From assembly GCA_046563655.1 (NCBI GenBank), contig CM102290.1:6200001-6264000 (forward strand): a DNA stretch of 64,000 nt. Direction: 5' to 3'. Position numbers and translations under genes: made by a program. Shown in pieces: positions 12,686 to 25,949 of this stretch; within the stretch, counting starts at the first letter, position 1; every line of letters starts with the position of its first letter. The notes under the pieces are model-generated. The model was not told where the DNA came from. It worked only from the letters and a program-made list of their open reading frames with translations, and did not search any database. The DNA is from Yuukianura sp. NJ FZ-2021 (taxonomy: Eukaryota).

Positions 12686-15002
12686 AGGGACCAGGCGTCG
12701 AATGGAAAGTAACTCATCTGGGGAAGAAAGTGGACCACCAAGGGACGATCCACCGGCTTACGAGGACGAGGGACTCTACGTCCCTCCTCACCGGAGAAGT
12801 GTAATTGGATCTGGAGGTGAAAGTGGGCGTGCAGTACGACGTCCAGTTCGTGACAATTTAGTGATTGTGAGTGGACCGCAAGGTCGGAGAGTGATCCGTA
12901 CACCGGGCCGAGTGCCGTGCCAGGTACATTCGGAAAACCGAGAGCGGACCGGAAGAGCCGAGTACCGGACGTGGTACTTACGACTCGGACCAGGACGACG
13001 GATGAAGGCAAGAAACTGCTTCAATCACTGGATGAGGGAAGGAGTCCCCAAATGTAAGAAACATGAAAAGTTTGTTTGTTGGCATTGCCACAATTGGAAA
13101 AAGTTATCAGCGGAGGAAAGAAAGGCGGCCGCCGAAGCAAGACGTAGCGGTCCCGGGAATCCTCGGACCCCACAAATGGAGAAGTCGACCTCCGGAAGTG
13201 GAGGGTCATGGAGCCGCTACTTCCTAGCACTATTCCTCGTGCTGACACTGTTGGCGACGATGATCGCAGGAGCCAGCGGTGAAGAAATGGAACTCAAGCT
13301 TTCCAACGGAGTTCTAAAGAAAAATTGAGCGCCTGGGGATACGAAGAGTCGTTCCCCTCATATTTGACATGGATCTTCCCGGGAATCAAGAGTTCAACTT
13401 TAAAGAAAAACCCGAGGATCCACTCCAGAAGCAAATTCAAGAAGCCCTGCAGCAAATGAATCCCTGGATGAGGCCTTTGAACCCACACTTAGAAGAAACG
13501 GAAGCTCGATCTAAACGACAACTGAACTTCATAGGCGATTTCTACCATTGGTGTTGCGGGGTAGTCGCCCATGATCAATTAACAGAAATCCAACAAGAAG
13601 ACAGAAGATTGGAGACGATGGCGGCAAATTTCAAGAGCAATTTGGACCAAGATCACGCTGACATTGTACGAGTAATGGAGATTGTCAACAACTACAGTGC
13701 CAATGTGGATTTTGTGATGTCCCAAGAACAAGAAATGACCCGGAAGAACACAGTCAGACTTGTCAAGGACAACGAAGCTCTGGCAACAACTCTGACCCAC
13801 CATAGCAAAAATTTCATTACCATGTTTACGGCCCTTCAGAAGGTCATCACCACTGGAACTTGGAGAACCAGCATCTTGGAATGCAAAGAGGGGTACATTC
13901 CTAACCTTCTAGTGACCCCAGAAATCCTGGAAGCGGAACTGGCGATATTGGCTACTAAGGTCAAGGCATTCAACTTGGAGCCAATAATAAGCAGTGACCA
14001 CGCCCACCTTTACTACGAACTTAAAATAGCCAAGTGCTCCTATTCAAAAACGAAACTTGTAATAACAATCCGAGTTCCGCTGAAACCAACCGGAAGTAGC
14101 TACGAGTTCTACGAGTTGACCCCCACACCGTACTTGCTTCGGGGAAGCATTTGTCAACTGAATCTTGAGGTGACTAGAGTAGTGAAATCCAGCAACGGTG
14201 TGATCCCACTTCCGGAAACTCAGAGGAGTGGGTGCGATATCCCTAAGGATCGGCTTTGCCACGTCCCAGTGGCCCCACCAAGAATGAATCAACCCAGTTG
14301 CATCGCTGCCCTCATGCAGGAACAATCAAACTACACTGACATCAACCGGAAGGGCCTAGTTAAGTGCGAGGACCACGATGGAGCGACAAGAGTGACAGTG
14401 GCCGCACGAAACACCTACGCCATCATCAATACAAACGAAACTTTAATCATTAAGTGCCCCGATTCGGCGGAGAACATCGAGAGGATGGGAGATGTGGGAG
14501 TTAGGTTTGTCAAATTGAAATGCCACTGCGAGGTTTTCGGTGGTAACGGGAAGAAACTAATTCCGGCCCACTTTCCCTGTCCGGCAACAGAATCAAACAA
14601 CTCAATCCATCACGAAATCCCAGGGATCTGGTCGAAGGCAATGGATACAGGAGTCAGGGACCTGACTCACGAAAATCTCACCGATATCCTGGATGAGGAC
14701 TGGCATCATCACACAAATCACCTAAACATGACCTCAAGCCCACCACCTATTCCAGTGACGGTGGAGTCCATTCCATACTTTGAGGCTACCACGCACTACG
14801 CGATTCTTGGAAATGTCATGAACCTCATCATGGTCATTTGGGCAGCATGGGTTACATGGATGTTGGTTAAGCCGAACTGGCTGGGACTACTGGCGGGTTT
14901 GCCAGGCGTGAGGGGTCATTCGGACGACACCCATCTGGCTGTGGAGATTGCGGATGACCTCATCTTAATCCTCATTTGGACGACTATGGTACTCTGTTTC
15001 AG

Positions 15003-15038
15003 GGAGTTCGAGTTGAGACGCCAAATAGTGTAGACGTG
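15003..15038 (+). promoter_or_regulatory. Putative internal Pol II promoter (Inr-like + DPE AGACG at +28)
   Basis: With A15005 as +1, AGACGTG starts at 15032 (+28), the spacing known for insect LINE internal promoters. Confidence 0.5.
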
Positions 15039-15089
15039 TCACAAATCTCTCCTCTCCTCATTGTCACGAAGCTTAACCCAATACACAAC

Positions 15090-16166
15090 ATGGAAACCGC
15101 ATGCTTCTGTTTGAGTAGTCTAATTAAACTTCTCAAAAAAATTAAGCTTTCACCTTCAGAACTAGAAAAATTAGCAAGTCTAAAGTGCGAATTTGATAAT
15201 CAGTTTGAAAATCAAGTCACCAAGTTCAAACCGCCTAACCTAAACATCTATAAACGGAACTTCAATGTCCTCATTCACGGACTAACATTGACGGAGCCTC
15301 CAACGGTGTCTTCAATCGCGTACTGGTTCCTACAAAAGTTCAACGTTAGCGTTTGCGTCACCAGAGTGAAAACTTTCGGACCCAAAAAGACGATTCTCGC
15401 GTCCATGGCCAGCAGCACCGACAAAGCGAGGATATTCAGCCGCTGCCACTTACTCAAAGGTACCACCATCGGAATTTCAGATGATATACCCCAGTCACAA
15501 AGGATAATGAACGCCACGCAACATTACTCTGCATCCACCAGAAATGGGAAAGGGGCCCCTTTCCCAACCCTTACACCTATGTCAACTCCGCATTGCACAT
15601 CACAGGTCAGAACTCATGTTACAAACCCAGAATTAAAAAACGATGGTCCAGTTTTGGAGAAACCCATGACATCAGCCTCAACCGCAATCGTGTCACCCAT
15701 GGACTACACAGTTTTCTCCACGGCAACGAAGTCCAATCAAGACAGCATCGCCACCTCTGTGGAAATTCATCACGCTGATCCCAAGCGCAAAGACGACACG
15801 CCCAATGATGACCTGGCGGTTGACCGCGTTCCGACGCAGTCGCAATGTACATTTGTTCGTGAAAACAAAAAGAAACGAAGAAATCCACGTCACAAGAATT
15901 TGCAAGATCAACAACAAGTTGATGAGAAAGTTCCTCAGCTCAATTCTCATTCCCACCAAGAACCTACGAGACTTACAGAATTAAGCAAACTTCTGCAACT
16001 CAAAGCAGCAGCGATGAATGGCAGAAATTCATTTAAAGATGCAATCGCCTCACTTTACAACGAGGTGTCAGATGACTCCTTAAATGAAATCAACAAGTCG
16101 CTCCTAAAAGTCAAGATGAAAGAAATTAGATCAGCGTCACAAGAGAAGCGAAGAAAAAGATGTTAA
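15090..16166 (+). CDS. LINE ORF1-like protein (RRM-like region plus low-complexity basic tail)
   Basis: NVLIHGL...KARIF...LKGTTIGISDDIPQSQR resembles non-LTR ORF1 C-terminal domains; first ATG inside the insert is 15090. Confidence 0.65.
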   Translation: METACFCLSSLIKLLKKIKLSPSELEKLASLKCEFDNQFENQVTKFKPPNLNIYKRNFNVLIHGLTLTEPPTVSSIAYWFLQKFNVSVCVTRVKTFGPKKTILASMASSTDKARIFSRCHLLKGTTIGISDDIPQSQRIMNATQHYSASTRNGKGAPFPTLTPMSTPHCTSQVRTHVTNPELKNDGPVLEKPMTSASTAIVSPMDYTVFSTATKSNQDSIATSVEIHHADPKRKDDTPNDDLAVDRVPTQSQCTFVRENKKKRRNPRHKNLQDQQQVDEKVPQLNSHSHQEPTRLTELSKLLQLKAAAMNGRNSFKDAIASLYNEVSDDSLNEINKSLLKVKMKEIRSASQEKRRKRC

Positions 16167-16859
16167 CTCAGCACCACCTAACACTTATTTACGCGTCCCA
16201 TTTAAATATATATTAACGTCACAAAATTTAACCTAACTTAAGTCTGCACTGCTTAAAATTTTAATGTAACAAACTCCAACTCGAACTCCCTCTCCATGGG
16301 CTGCGGGCCCGCAGGGAGAGTACTTTACAAATAAAAAAAAAAAAAAAAAAAATGGTACTCTGTTTCATCATCCTGTTCATTCGACTTGGAAATCTAAGAA
16401 ACAAAAGAAAGAGCGGAGTTCGAGACGTCCCACCACCACCATCGGCCCCACCAGTAAGATACCGACCTAGGACGCAGAATCCGGCTCTCACCCAGTCACA
16501 ACCGAATCTAAATCGGACTATAGTAATTACCGAGGAGGACGACCTAATCTACTGAACCGAAAAATCAAAATTCAGAAACGGAACTACGGGATCGGAAACG
16601 GAATTCAACTTCCTCATAAACCATAGAATTATGATTTGAATGGACAGGACGAATGCAATGAGAAGCCTAAGTTTCACTTTACTCTAATATACATATTTAT
16701 AATAATTTTGAAATTTCAAATCAACTTCTAATTAACCTTCTTATTATGCAGAATACCGGAGAGGTCCCTCACTACTCCACATTCAACCACCTTTACTTTC
16801 ACTCGGTATAAGGAGGGAGAAAGTGGAGAAAGGAGGCCTCTACAAAGAAACGGGGCGAA

Positions 16860-17426
16860 TGCTAATTTCGGTATTCCCCCGTAAAGGGTACTGACCTAGC
16901 GTTAACACTGCGGCGATTTCTCCCGGGCGGATAGATCAAAAGGATGCGCCAAGGACACAGTCATACTTAACCATTCACACAACAATCAAAATGCAAATCC
17001 TCTTTGTCATGGGAATCAAAGTCATCTGGTTATCTGCTTTCACGTCACCTACATAGAATAAGTCAACTTTTTAGAATAATAAGTCGAAGTAAGTTTAACT
17101 TATCATTAGAATAGGACACTTATCTGATAGGTAAGAAGTAACGAGGTAGTACTTCCAACGTCCAAGTTTTCAAGATTTTCGCAAAATTGAACTTATTCGG
17201 AATTTCTTTCTGTCCCACTTTTGTTTTCAAACTGAAATTTAGAGCAGTGCAAAAGTCCTAGTGCTATAGTACTTAAGATATAGAGGTGCAGTTGCTCCTC
17301 TTTTGTTGTGTTGGGAGTGTTACACACACACTTTCAGTACAAGGACATTGTATGCCCTTGCACTGAGAGTGAGTGTGTGTGTGAGAGGATCTATCAATAA
17401 AGGCAGTTGATACGCAGCATCCAACA
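16860..17426 (+). repeat. 3' LTR of element 1 (start tentative)
   Basis: TG follows purine tract AAAGAAACGGGGCGAA; contains TTCAGT and AATAAA (~17396); ends in CA at the satellite junction. No second LTR to confirm. Confidence 0.6.
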
Positions 17427-20400
17427 GGATTTCAAAAATATAGTTGACTTTTAGCCAACATCGTTCCGGAATGCATTTCTTTTGAATTCTTTGTTTTGAA
17501 ACATGAATTTTCATAAATAAAGGTAACAAAATGAGGGACGACACAGCAAGTGAAAGTGGGTTCCTGTAGCACTTTTTATGAGGATTTCAAAAATGTAATT
17601 TACTTTCTGTTCATTCTCACATTTGCATGTTCATTCTCACAAATTTAAGTCGTTTTGCGTCAAAATGGTGCTCGACATTGCCCTGGGTGCCGTATACCAA
17701 CCCAAGATAAAATCCGAGACAGAGCGGTTCATCCAGACTTTTAAGTACACGCTAACCGGATTTAATTGCGATATATCCACGATAATTAAACTTGGGTTCC
17801 TGTAGTACTTTTCAGGAGGATTTCAGAAAAGTAACTCATTTTCACCCGGCATTGCTACGCGTGGGAGTTTTTCGAATTTTTTGTTTTGATATAAATTTTC
17901 ATAAAATAAAGTCACGAGATGAGGGACGACACAGCAAGTGAAAGTGGGTTCCTGTAGCCCTTTTTATGAGGATTTCAAAAATATAGTGGACTTTTACCCA
18001 GCATCGTGCCGGAATGCATTTCTTTTGAATTCTTTGTTTTGAAACATAAACATTTTCATAAATAAAGGTAACAAGATGAGGGACGACACAGCAAGTGAAA
18101 TTGGGTTCCTGTAGCACTTTTTATGAGGATTTCAAAAATGTAATTTACTTTCTGTTCATTCTCACATTTGCATGTTCATTCTCACAAATTTAAGTCGTTT
18201 TGCGTCAAAATGGTGCTCGACATTGCCCTGGGTGCCGTATACCAACCCAAGATAAAATCCGAGACAGAGCGGTTCATCCAGACTTTTAAGTACACGCTAA
18301 CCGGATTTAATTGCGATATATCCACGATAATTAAACTTGGGTTCCTGTAGTACTTTTCAGGAGGATTTCAGAAAAGTAACTCATTTTCACACGGCATTGC
18401 TACGCGTGGGAGTTTTTCGAATGATTTGTTTTGAAATAAATTTTCATAAAATAAAGTCACGAGATGAGGGACGACACAGCAAGTGAAAGTGGGTTCCTGT
18501 AGCCCTTTTTATGAGGATTTCAAAAATATAGTGGACTTTTACCCAGCATCGTGCCGGAATGCATTTCTTTTGAATTCTTTGTTTTGAAACATAATTTTTC
18601 ATAAATAAAGGTAACAAGATGAGGGACGACGCAGCAAGTGAAAGTGGGTTCCTGTAGCACTTTTTATGATGATTTCAAAAATGTAATTTACTTTCTGTTC
18701 ATTCTCACATTTGCATGTTCATTCTCACAAATTTAAGTCGTTTTGCGTCAAAATGGTGCTCGACATTGCCCTGGGTGCCGTATACCAACCCAAGATAAAA
18801 TCCGAGACAGAGCGATTCATCCAGACTTTTAAGTACACGCTAACCGGATTTAATTGCGATATATCCACGATAATTAAACTTGGGTTCCTGTAGTACTTTT
18901 CAGGAGGATTTCAGAAAAGTAACTCATTTTCACCCGGCATTGCTACGCGTGGGAGTTTTTCGAATGATTTGTTTTGAAATAAATTTTCATAAAATAAAGT
19001 CACGAGATGAGGGACGACACAGCAAGTGAAAATGGGTTCCTGTAGCCCTTTTTATGAGGATTTCAAAAATATAGTTGACTTTTAGCCAACATCGTTCCGG
19101 AATGCATTTCTTTTGAATTCTTTGTTTTGAAACATGAATTTTCATAAATAAAGGTAACAAAATGAGGGACGACACAGCAAGTGAAAGTGGGTTCCTGTAG
19201 CACTTTTTATGAGGATTTCAAAAATGTAATTTACTTTCTGTTCATTCTCACATTTGCATGTTCATTCTCACAAATTTAAGTCGTTTTGCGTCAAAATGGT
19301 GCTCGACATTGCCCTGGGTGCCGTATACCAACCCAAGATAAAATCCGAGACAGAGCGGTTCATCCAGACTTTTAAGTACACGCTAACCGGATTTAATTGC
19401 GATATATCCACGATAATTAAACTTGGGTTCCTGTAGTACTTTTCAGGAGGATTTCAGAAAAGTAACTCATTTTCACACGGCATTGCTACGCGTGGGAGTT
19501 TTCGAATGATTTGTTTTGAAATAAATTTTCATAAAATAAAGTCACGAGATGAGGGACGACACAGCAAGTGAAAGTGGGTTCCTGTAGCCCTTTTTATGAG
19601 GATTTCAAAAATATAGTGGACTTTTACCCAGCATCGTGCCGGAATGCATTTCTTTTGAATTCTTTGTTTTGAAACATAATTTTTCATAAATAAAGGTAAC
19701 AAGATGAGGGACGACGCAGCAAGTGAAAGTGGGTTCCTGTAGCACTTTTTATGATGATTTCAAAAATGTAATTTACTTTCTGTTCATTCTCACATTTGCA
19801 TGTTCATTCTCACAAATTAAAGTCGTTTTGCGTCAAAATGGTGCTCGACATTGCCCTGGGTGCCGTATACCAACCCAAGATAAAATCCGAGACAGAGCGG
19901 TTCATCCAGACTTTTAAGTACACGCTAACCGGATTTAATTGCGATATATCCACGATAATTAAACTTGGGTTCCTGTAGTACTTTTCAGGAGGATTTCAGA
20001 AAAGTAACTCATTTTCACCCGGCATTGCTACGCGTGGGAGTTTTTCGAATTTTTTGTTTTGATATAAATTTTCATAAAATAAAGTCACGAGATGAGGGAC
20101 GACACAGCAAGTGAAAGTGGGTTCCTGTAGGCCTTTTTATGAGGATTTCAAAAATATAGTGGACTTTTACCCAGCATCGTGCCGGAATGCATTTCTTTTG
20201 AATTCTTTGTTTTGAAACATAAATTTTCATAAATAAAGGTAACAAGATGAGGGACCACACAGCAAGTGAAAGTGGGTTCCTGTAGCACTTTTTATGATGA
20301 TTTCAAAAATGTAATTTACTTTCTGTTCATTCTCACATTTGCATGTTCATTCTCACAAATTTAAGTCGTTTTGCGTCAAAATGGTGCTCGACATTGCCCT

Positions 20401-23400
20401 GGGTGCCGTATACCAACCCAAGATAAAATCCTAGACAGAGCGGTTCATCCAGACTTTTAAGTACACGCTAACCGGATTTAATTGCGATATATCCACGATA
20501 ATTAAACTTGGGTTCCTGTAGTACTTTTCATGAGGATTTCAGAAAAGTAACTCATTTTCACGCGGCATCGCTACGCGTGGAAGTTTTTCGAATGATTTGT
20601 TTTGAAACAAATTTTCATAAAATAGAGTCACGAGATGAGGGACGACACAGCAAGTGAAAGTGGGTTCCTGTAGCCCTTTTTATGAGGATTTCAAAAATAT
20701 AGTGGACTTTTACCCAGCATCGTGCCGGAATGCATTTCTTTTGAATTCTTTGTTTTGAAACATAATTTTTCATAAATAAAGGTAACAAGATGAGGGACGA
20801 CGCAGCAAGTGAAAGTGGGTTCCTGTAGCACTTTTTATGATGATTTCAAAAATGTAATTTACTTTCTGTTCATTCTCACATTTGCATGTTCATTCTCACA
20901 AATTTAAGTCGTTTTGCGTCAAAATGGTGCTCGACATTGCCCTGGGTGCCGTATACCAACCCAAGATAAAATCCGAGACAGAGCGATTCATCCAGACTTT
21001 TAAGTACACGCTAACCGGATTTAATTGCGATATATCCACGATAATTAAACTTGGGTTCCTGTAGTACTTTTCAGGAGGATTTCAGAAAAGTAACTCATTT
21101 TCACCCGGCATTGCTACGCGTGGGAGTTTTTCGAATGATTTGTTTTGAAATAAATTTTCATAAAATAAAGTCACGAGATGAGGGACGACACAGCAAGTGA
21201 AAATGGGTTCCTGTAGCCCTTTTTATGAGGATTTCAAAAATATAGTTGACTTTTAGCCAACATCGTTCCGGAATGCATTTCTTTTGAATTCTTTGTTTTG
21301 AAACATGAATTTTCATAAATAAAGGTAACAAAATGAGGGACGACACAGCAAGTGAAAGTGGGTTCCTGTAGCACTTTTTATGAGGATTTCAAAAATGTAA
21401 TTTACTTTCTGTTCATTCTCACATTTGCATGTTCATTCTCACAAATTTAAGTCGTTTTGCGTCAAAATGGTGCTCGACATTGCCCTGGGTGCCGTATACC
21501 AACCCAAGATAAAATCCGAGACAGAGCGGTTCATCCAGACTTTTAAGTACACGCTAACCGGATTTAATTGCGATATATCCACGATAATTAAACTTGGGTT
21601 CCTGTAGTACTTTTCAGGAGGATTTCAGAAAGGTAACTCATTTTCACCCGGCATTGCTACGCGTGGGAGTTTTTCGAATGATTTCTTTTGATATAAATTT
21701 TCATAAAATAAAGTCACGAGATGAGGGACGACACAGCAAGTGAAAGTGGGTTCCTGTAGCCCTTTTTATGAGGATTTCAAAAATATAGTGGACTTTTACC
21801 CAGCATCGTGCCGGAATGCATTTCTTTTGAATTCTTTGTTTTGAAACATAAACATTCATAAATAAAGGTAACAAGATGAGGGACGACACAGCAAGTGAAA
21901 TTGGGTTCCTGTAGCACTTTTTATGAGGATTTCAAAAATGTAATTTACTTTCTGTTCATTCTCACATTTGCATGTTCATTCTCACAAATTTAAGTCGTTT
22001 TGCGTCAAAATGGTGCTCGACATTGCCCTGGGTGCCGTATACCAACCCAAGATAAAATCCGAGACAGAGCGGTTCATCCAGACTTTTAAGTACACGCTAA
22101 CCGGATTTAATTGCGATATATCCACGATAATTAAACTTGGGTTCCTGTAGTACTTTTCAGGAGGATTTCAGAAAAGTAACTCATTTTCACCCGGCATTGC
22201 TACGCGTGGGAGTTTTTCGAATGATTTGTTTTGAAATAAATTTTCATAAAATAAAGTCACGAGATGAGGGACGACACAGCAAGTGAAAATGGGTTCCTGT
22301 AGCCCTTTTTATGAGGATTTCAAAAATATAGTTGACTTTTAGCCAACATCGTTCCGGAATGCATTTCTTTTGAATTCTTTGTTTTGAAACATGAATTTTC
22401 ATAAATAAAGGTAACAAAATGAGGGACGACACAGCAAGTGAAAGTGGGTTACTGTAGCACTTTTTATGAGGATTTCAAAAATGTAATTTACTTTCTGTTC
22501 ATTCTCACATTTGCATGTTCATTCTCACAAATTTAAGTCGTTTTGCGTCAAAATGGTGCTCGACATTGCCCTGGGTGCCGTATACCAACCCAAGATAAAA
22601 TCCGAGACAGAGCGGTTCATCCAGACTTTTAAGTACACGCTAACCGGATTTAATTGCGATATATCCACGATAATTAAACTTGGGTTCCTGTAGTACTTTT
22701 CAGGAGGATTTCAGAAAGGTAACTCATTTTCACCCGGCATTGCTACGCGTGGGAGTTTTTCGAATGATTTCTTTTGATATAAATTTTCATAAAATAAAGT
22801 CACGAGATGAGGGACGACACAGCAAGTGAAAGTGGGTTCCTGTAGCCCTTTTTATGAGGATTTCAAAAATATAGTGGACTTTTACCCAGCATCGTGCCGG
22901 AATGCATTTCTTTTGAATTCTTTGTTTTGAAACATAAACATTCATAAATAAAGGTAACAAGATGAGGGACGACACAGCAAGTGAAATTGGGTTCCTGTAG
23001 CACTTTTTATGAGGATTTCAAAAATGTAATTTACTTTCTGTTCATTCTCACATTTGCATGTTCATTCTCACAAATTTAAGTCGTTTTGCGTCAAAATGGT
23101 GCTCGACATTGCCCTGGGTGCCGTATACCAACCCAAGATAAAATCCGAGACAGAGCGGTTCATCCAGACTTTTAAGTACACGCTAACCGGATTTAATTGC
23201 GATATATCCACGATAATTAAACTTGGGTTCCTGTAGTACTTTTCAGGAGGATTTCAGAAAAGTAACTCATTTTCACACGGCATTGCTACGCGTGGGAGTT
23301 TTCGAATGATTTGTTTTGAAATAAATTTTCATAAAATAAAGTCACGAGATGAGGGACGACACAGCAAGTGAAAGTGGGTTCCTGTAGGCCTTTTTATGAG

Positions 23401-25949
23401 GATTTCAAAAATATAGTGGACTTTTACCCAGCATCGTGCCGGAATGCATTTCTTTTGAATTCTTTGTTTTGAAACATAATTTTTCATAAATAAAGTTAAC
23501 AAGATGAGGGACGACGCAGCAAGTGAAAGTGGGTTCCTGTAGCACTTTTTATGATGATTTCAAAAATGTAATTTACTTTCTGTTCATTCTCACATTTGCA
23601 TGTTCATTCTCACAAATTTAAGTCGTTTTGCGTCAAAATGGTGCTCGACATTGCCCTGGGTGCCGTATACCAACCCAAGATAAAATCCGAGACAGAGCGA
23701 TTCATCCAGACTTTTAAGTACACGCTAACCGGATTTAATTGCGATATATCCACGATAATTAACTTGGGTTCCTGTAGTACTTTTCAGGAGGATTTCAGAA
23801 AAGTAACTCATTTTCACCCAGCATTGCTACGCGTGGGAGTTTTTCGAATGATTTGTTTTGAAATAAATTTTCATAAAATAAAGTCACGAGATGAGGGACG
23901 ACACAGCAAGTGAAAATGGGTTCCTGTAGCCCTTTTTATGAGGATTTCAAAAATATAGTTGACTTTTAGCCAACATCGTTCCGGAATGCATTTCTTTTGA
24001 ATTCTTTGTTTTGAAACATGAATTTTCATAAATAAAGGTAACAAAATGAGGGACGACACAGCAAGTGAAAGTGGGTTCCTGTAGCACTTTTTATGAGGAT
24101 TTCAAAAATGTAATTTACTTTCTGTTCATTCTCACATTTGCATGTTCATTCTCACAAATTTAAGTCGTTTTGCGTCAAAATGGTGCTCGACATTGCCCTG
24201 GGTGCCGTATACCAACCCAAGATAAAATCCGAGACAGAGCGGTTCATCCAGACTTTTAAGTACACGCTAACCGGATTTAATTGCGATATATCCACGATAA
24301 TTAAACTTGGGTTCCTGTAGTACTTTTCAGGAGGATTTCAGAAAAGTAACTCATTTTCACACGGCATTGCTACGCGTGGGAGTTTTCGAATGATTTGTTT
24401 TGAAATAAATTTTCATAAAATAGAGTCACGAGATGAGGGACGACACAGCAAGTGAAAGTGGGTTCCTGTAGCCCTTTTTATGAGGATTTCAAAAATATAG
24501 TGGACTTTTACCCAGCATCGTGCCGGAATGCATTTCTTTTGAATTCTTTGTTTTGAAACATAATTTTTCATAAATAAAGGTAACAAGATGAGGGACGACG
24601 CAGCAAGTGAAAGTGGGTTCCTGTAGCACTTTTTATGATGATTTCAAAAATGTAATTTACTTTCTGTTCATTCTCACATTTGCATGTTCATTCTCACAAA
24701 TTTAAGTCGTTTTGCGTCAAAATGGTGCTCGACATTGCCCTGGGTGCCGTATACCAACCCAAGATAAAATCCGAGACAGAGCGATTCATCCAGACTTTTA
24801 AGTACACGCTAACCGGATTTAATTGCGATATATCCACGATAATTAAACTTGGGTTCCTGTAGTACTTTTCAGGAGGATTTCAGAAAAGTAACTCATTTTC
24901 ACACGGCATTGCTACGCGTGGGAGTTTTCGAATGATTTGTTTTGAAATAAATTTTCATAAAATAGAGTCACGAGATGAGGGACGACACAGCAAGTGAAAG
25001 TGGGTTCCTGTAGCCCTTTTTATGAGGATTTCAAAAATATAGTGGACTTTTAGCCAACATCGTTCCGGAATGCATTTCTTTTGAATTCTTTGTTTTGAAA
25101 CATGAATTTTCATAAATAAAGGTAACAAGATGATGGACGACACAGCAAGTGAAAGTGGGTTCCTGTAGCACTTTTTATGAGGATTTCAAAAATGTAATAT
25201 ACTTTCTGTTCATTCTCACAAATTTAAGTCGTTTTGCGTCAAAATTGTGCTCGACATTGCCCTGGGTACCGTACCAACCCAAGATAAAATCCGAGACAGA
25301 GCGATTCATCCAGACTTTTAAGTACACGCTAACCGGATTTAATTGCGATATATCCACGATAATTAAACTTGGGTTCCTGTAGTACTTTTCAGGAGGATTT
25401 CAGAAAAGTAACTCATTTTCACCCGGCATTGCTACGCGTGGGAGTTTTTCGAATGATTTGTTTTGAAATAAATTTTCATAAAATAAAGTCACGAGATGAG
25501 GGACGACACAGCAAGTGAAAATGGGTTCCTGTAGCCCTTTTTATGAGGATTTCAAAAATATAGTTGACTTTTAGCCAACATCGTTCCGGAATGCATTTCT
25601 TTTGAATTCTTTGTTTTGAAACATGAATTTTCATAAATAAAGGTAACAAAATGAGGGACGACACAGCAAGTGAAAGTGGGTTCCTGTAGCACTTTTTATG
25701 AGGATTTCAAAAATGTAATTTACTTTCTGTTCATTCTCACATTTGCATGTTCATTCTCACAAATTTAAGTCGTTTTGCGTCAAAATGGTGCTCGACATTG
25801 CCCTGGGTGCCGTATACCAACCCAAGATAAAATCCGAGACAGAGCGATTCATCCAGACTTTTAAGTACACGCTAACCGGATTTAATTGCGATATATCCAC
25901 GATAATTAAACTTGGGTTCCTGTAGTACTTTTCAGGAGGATTTCAGAAA
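17427..25949. repeat. Satellite array, block 2 (~15.7 monomers)
   Basis: Same 543-bp monomer; one shortened monomer near 25200 lacks the internal 20-bp duplication. Confidence 0.98.

Larger units (their letters stand above)
15002..16351 (+). mobile_element. Non-autonomous ORF1-only LINE-like retroposon
   Basis: 16-bp TSD ATGGTACTCTGTTTCA (14986-15001 / 16352-16367), AATAAA running into a ~20-nt poly(A), 3' stem-loop, single ORF, no RT. Confidence 0.9.
12654..16555 (+). pseudogene. env: Env (class I, baculovirus-F/errantivirus-like fusion protein), disrupted by a +1 frameshift at ~13320 and a LINE-like insertion at 15002-16351
   Basis: Signal-like segment FLALFLVLTLLATMIAGASG. Removing one A near 13320 joins the ORFs (VLKKIERLGIRRVVPLIFDM, matching VPLIYDI of env 2). 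Furin RSKR + fusion peptide FIGDFYHWCCGV. The TM resumes in frame at 16352-16555. Confidence 0.88.
7983..17426 (+). mobile_element. Element 1: 5'-truncated env-containing Ty3/Gypsy LTR retrotransposon
   Basis: Satellite breaks at 7982 directly into gag-coding sequence. Order is gag-pol(PR-RT-RH-IN)-env, ending in ...CCAACA at 17426 before satellite resumes. No 5' LTR, PBS or TSD. Confidence 0.93.

Noticed and set aside
14976..15089. N-terminal extension of the 396-aa ORF and the FREFELRRQIV end of env
   Set aside because: Both cross the TSD junction at 15001/15002 and are chimeric read-throughs.
25941..25949. Apparent 9-bp TSD TTTCAGAAA
   Set aside because: TTTCA on the right is the LTR's own end (also present at 27033-27037); the true TSD is GAAA.
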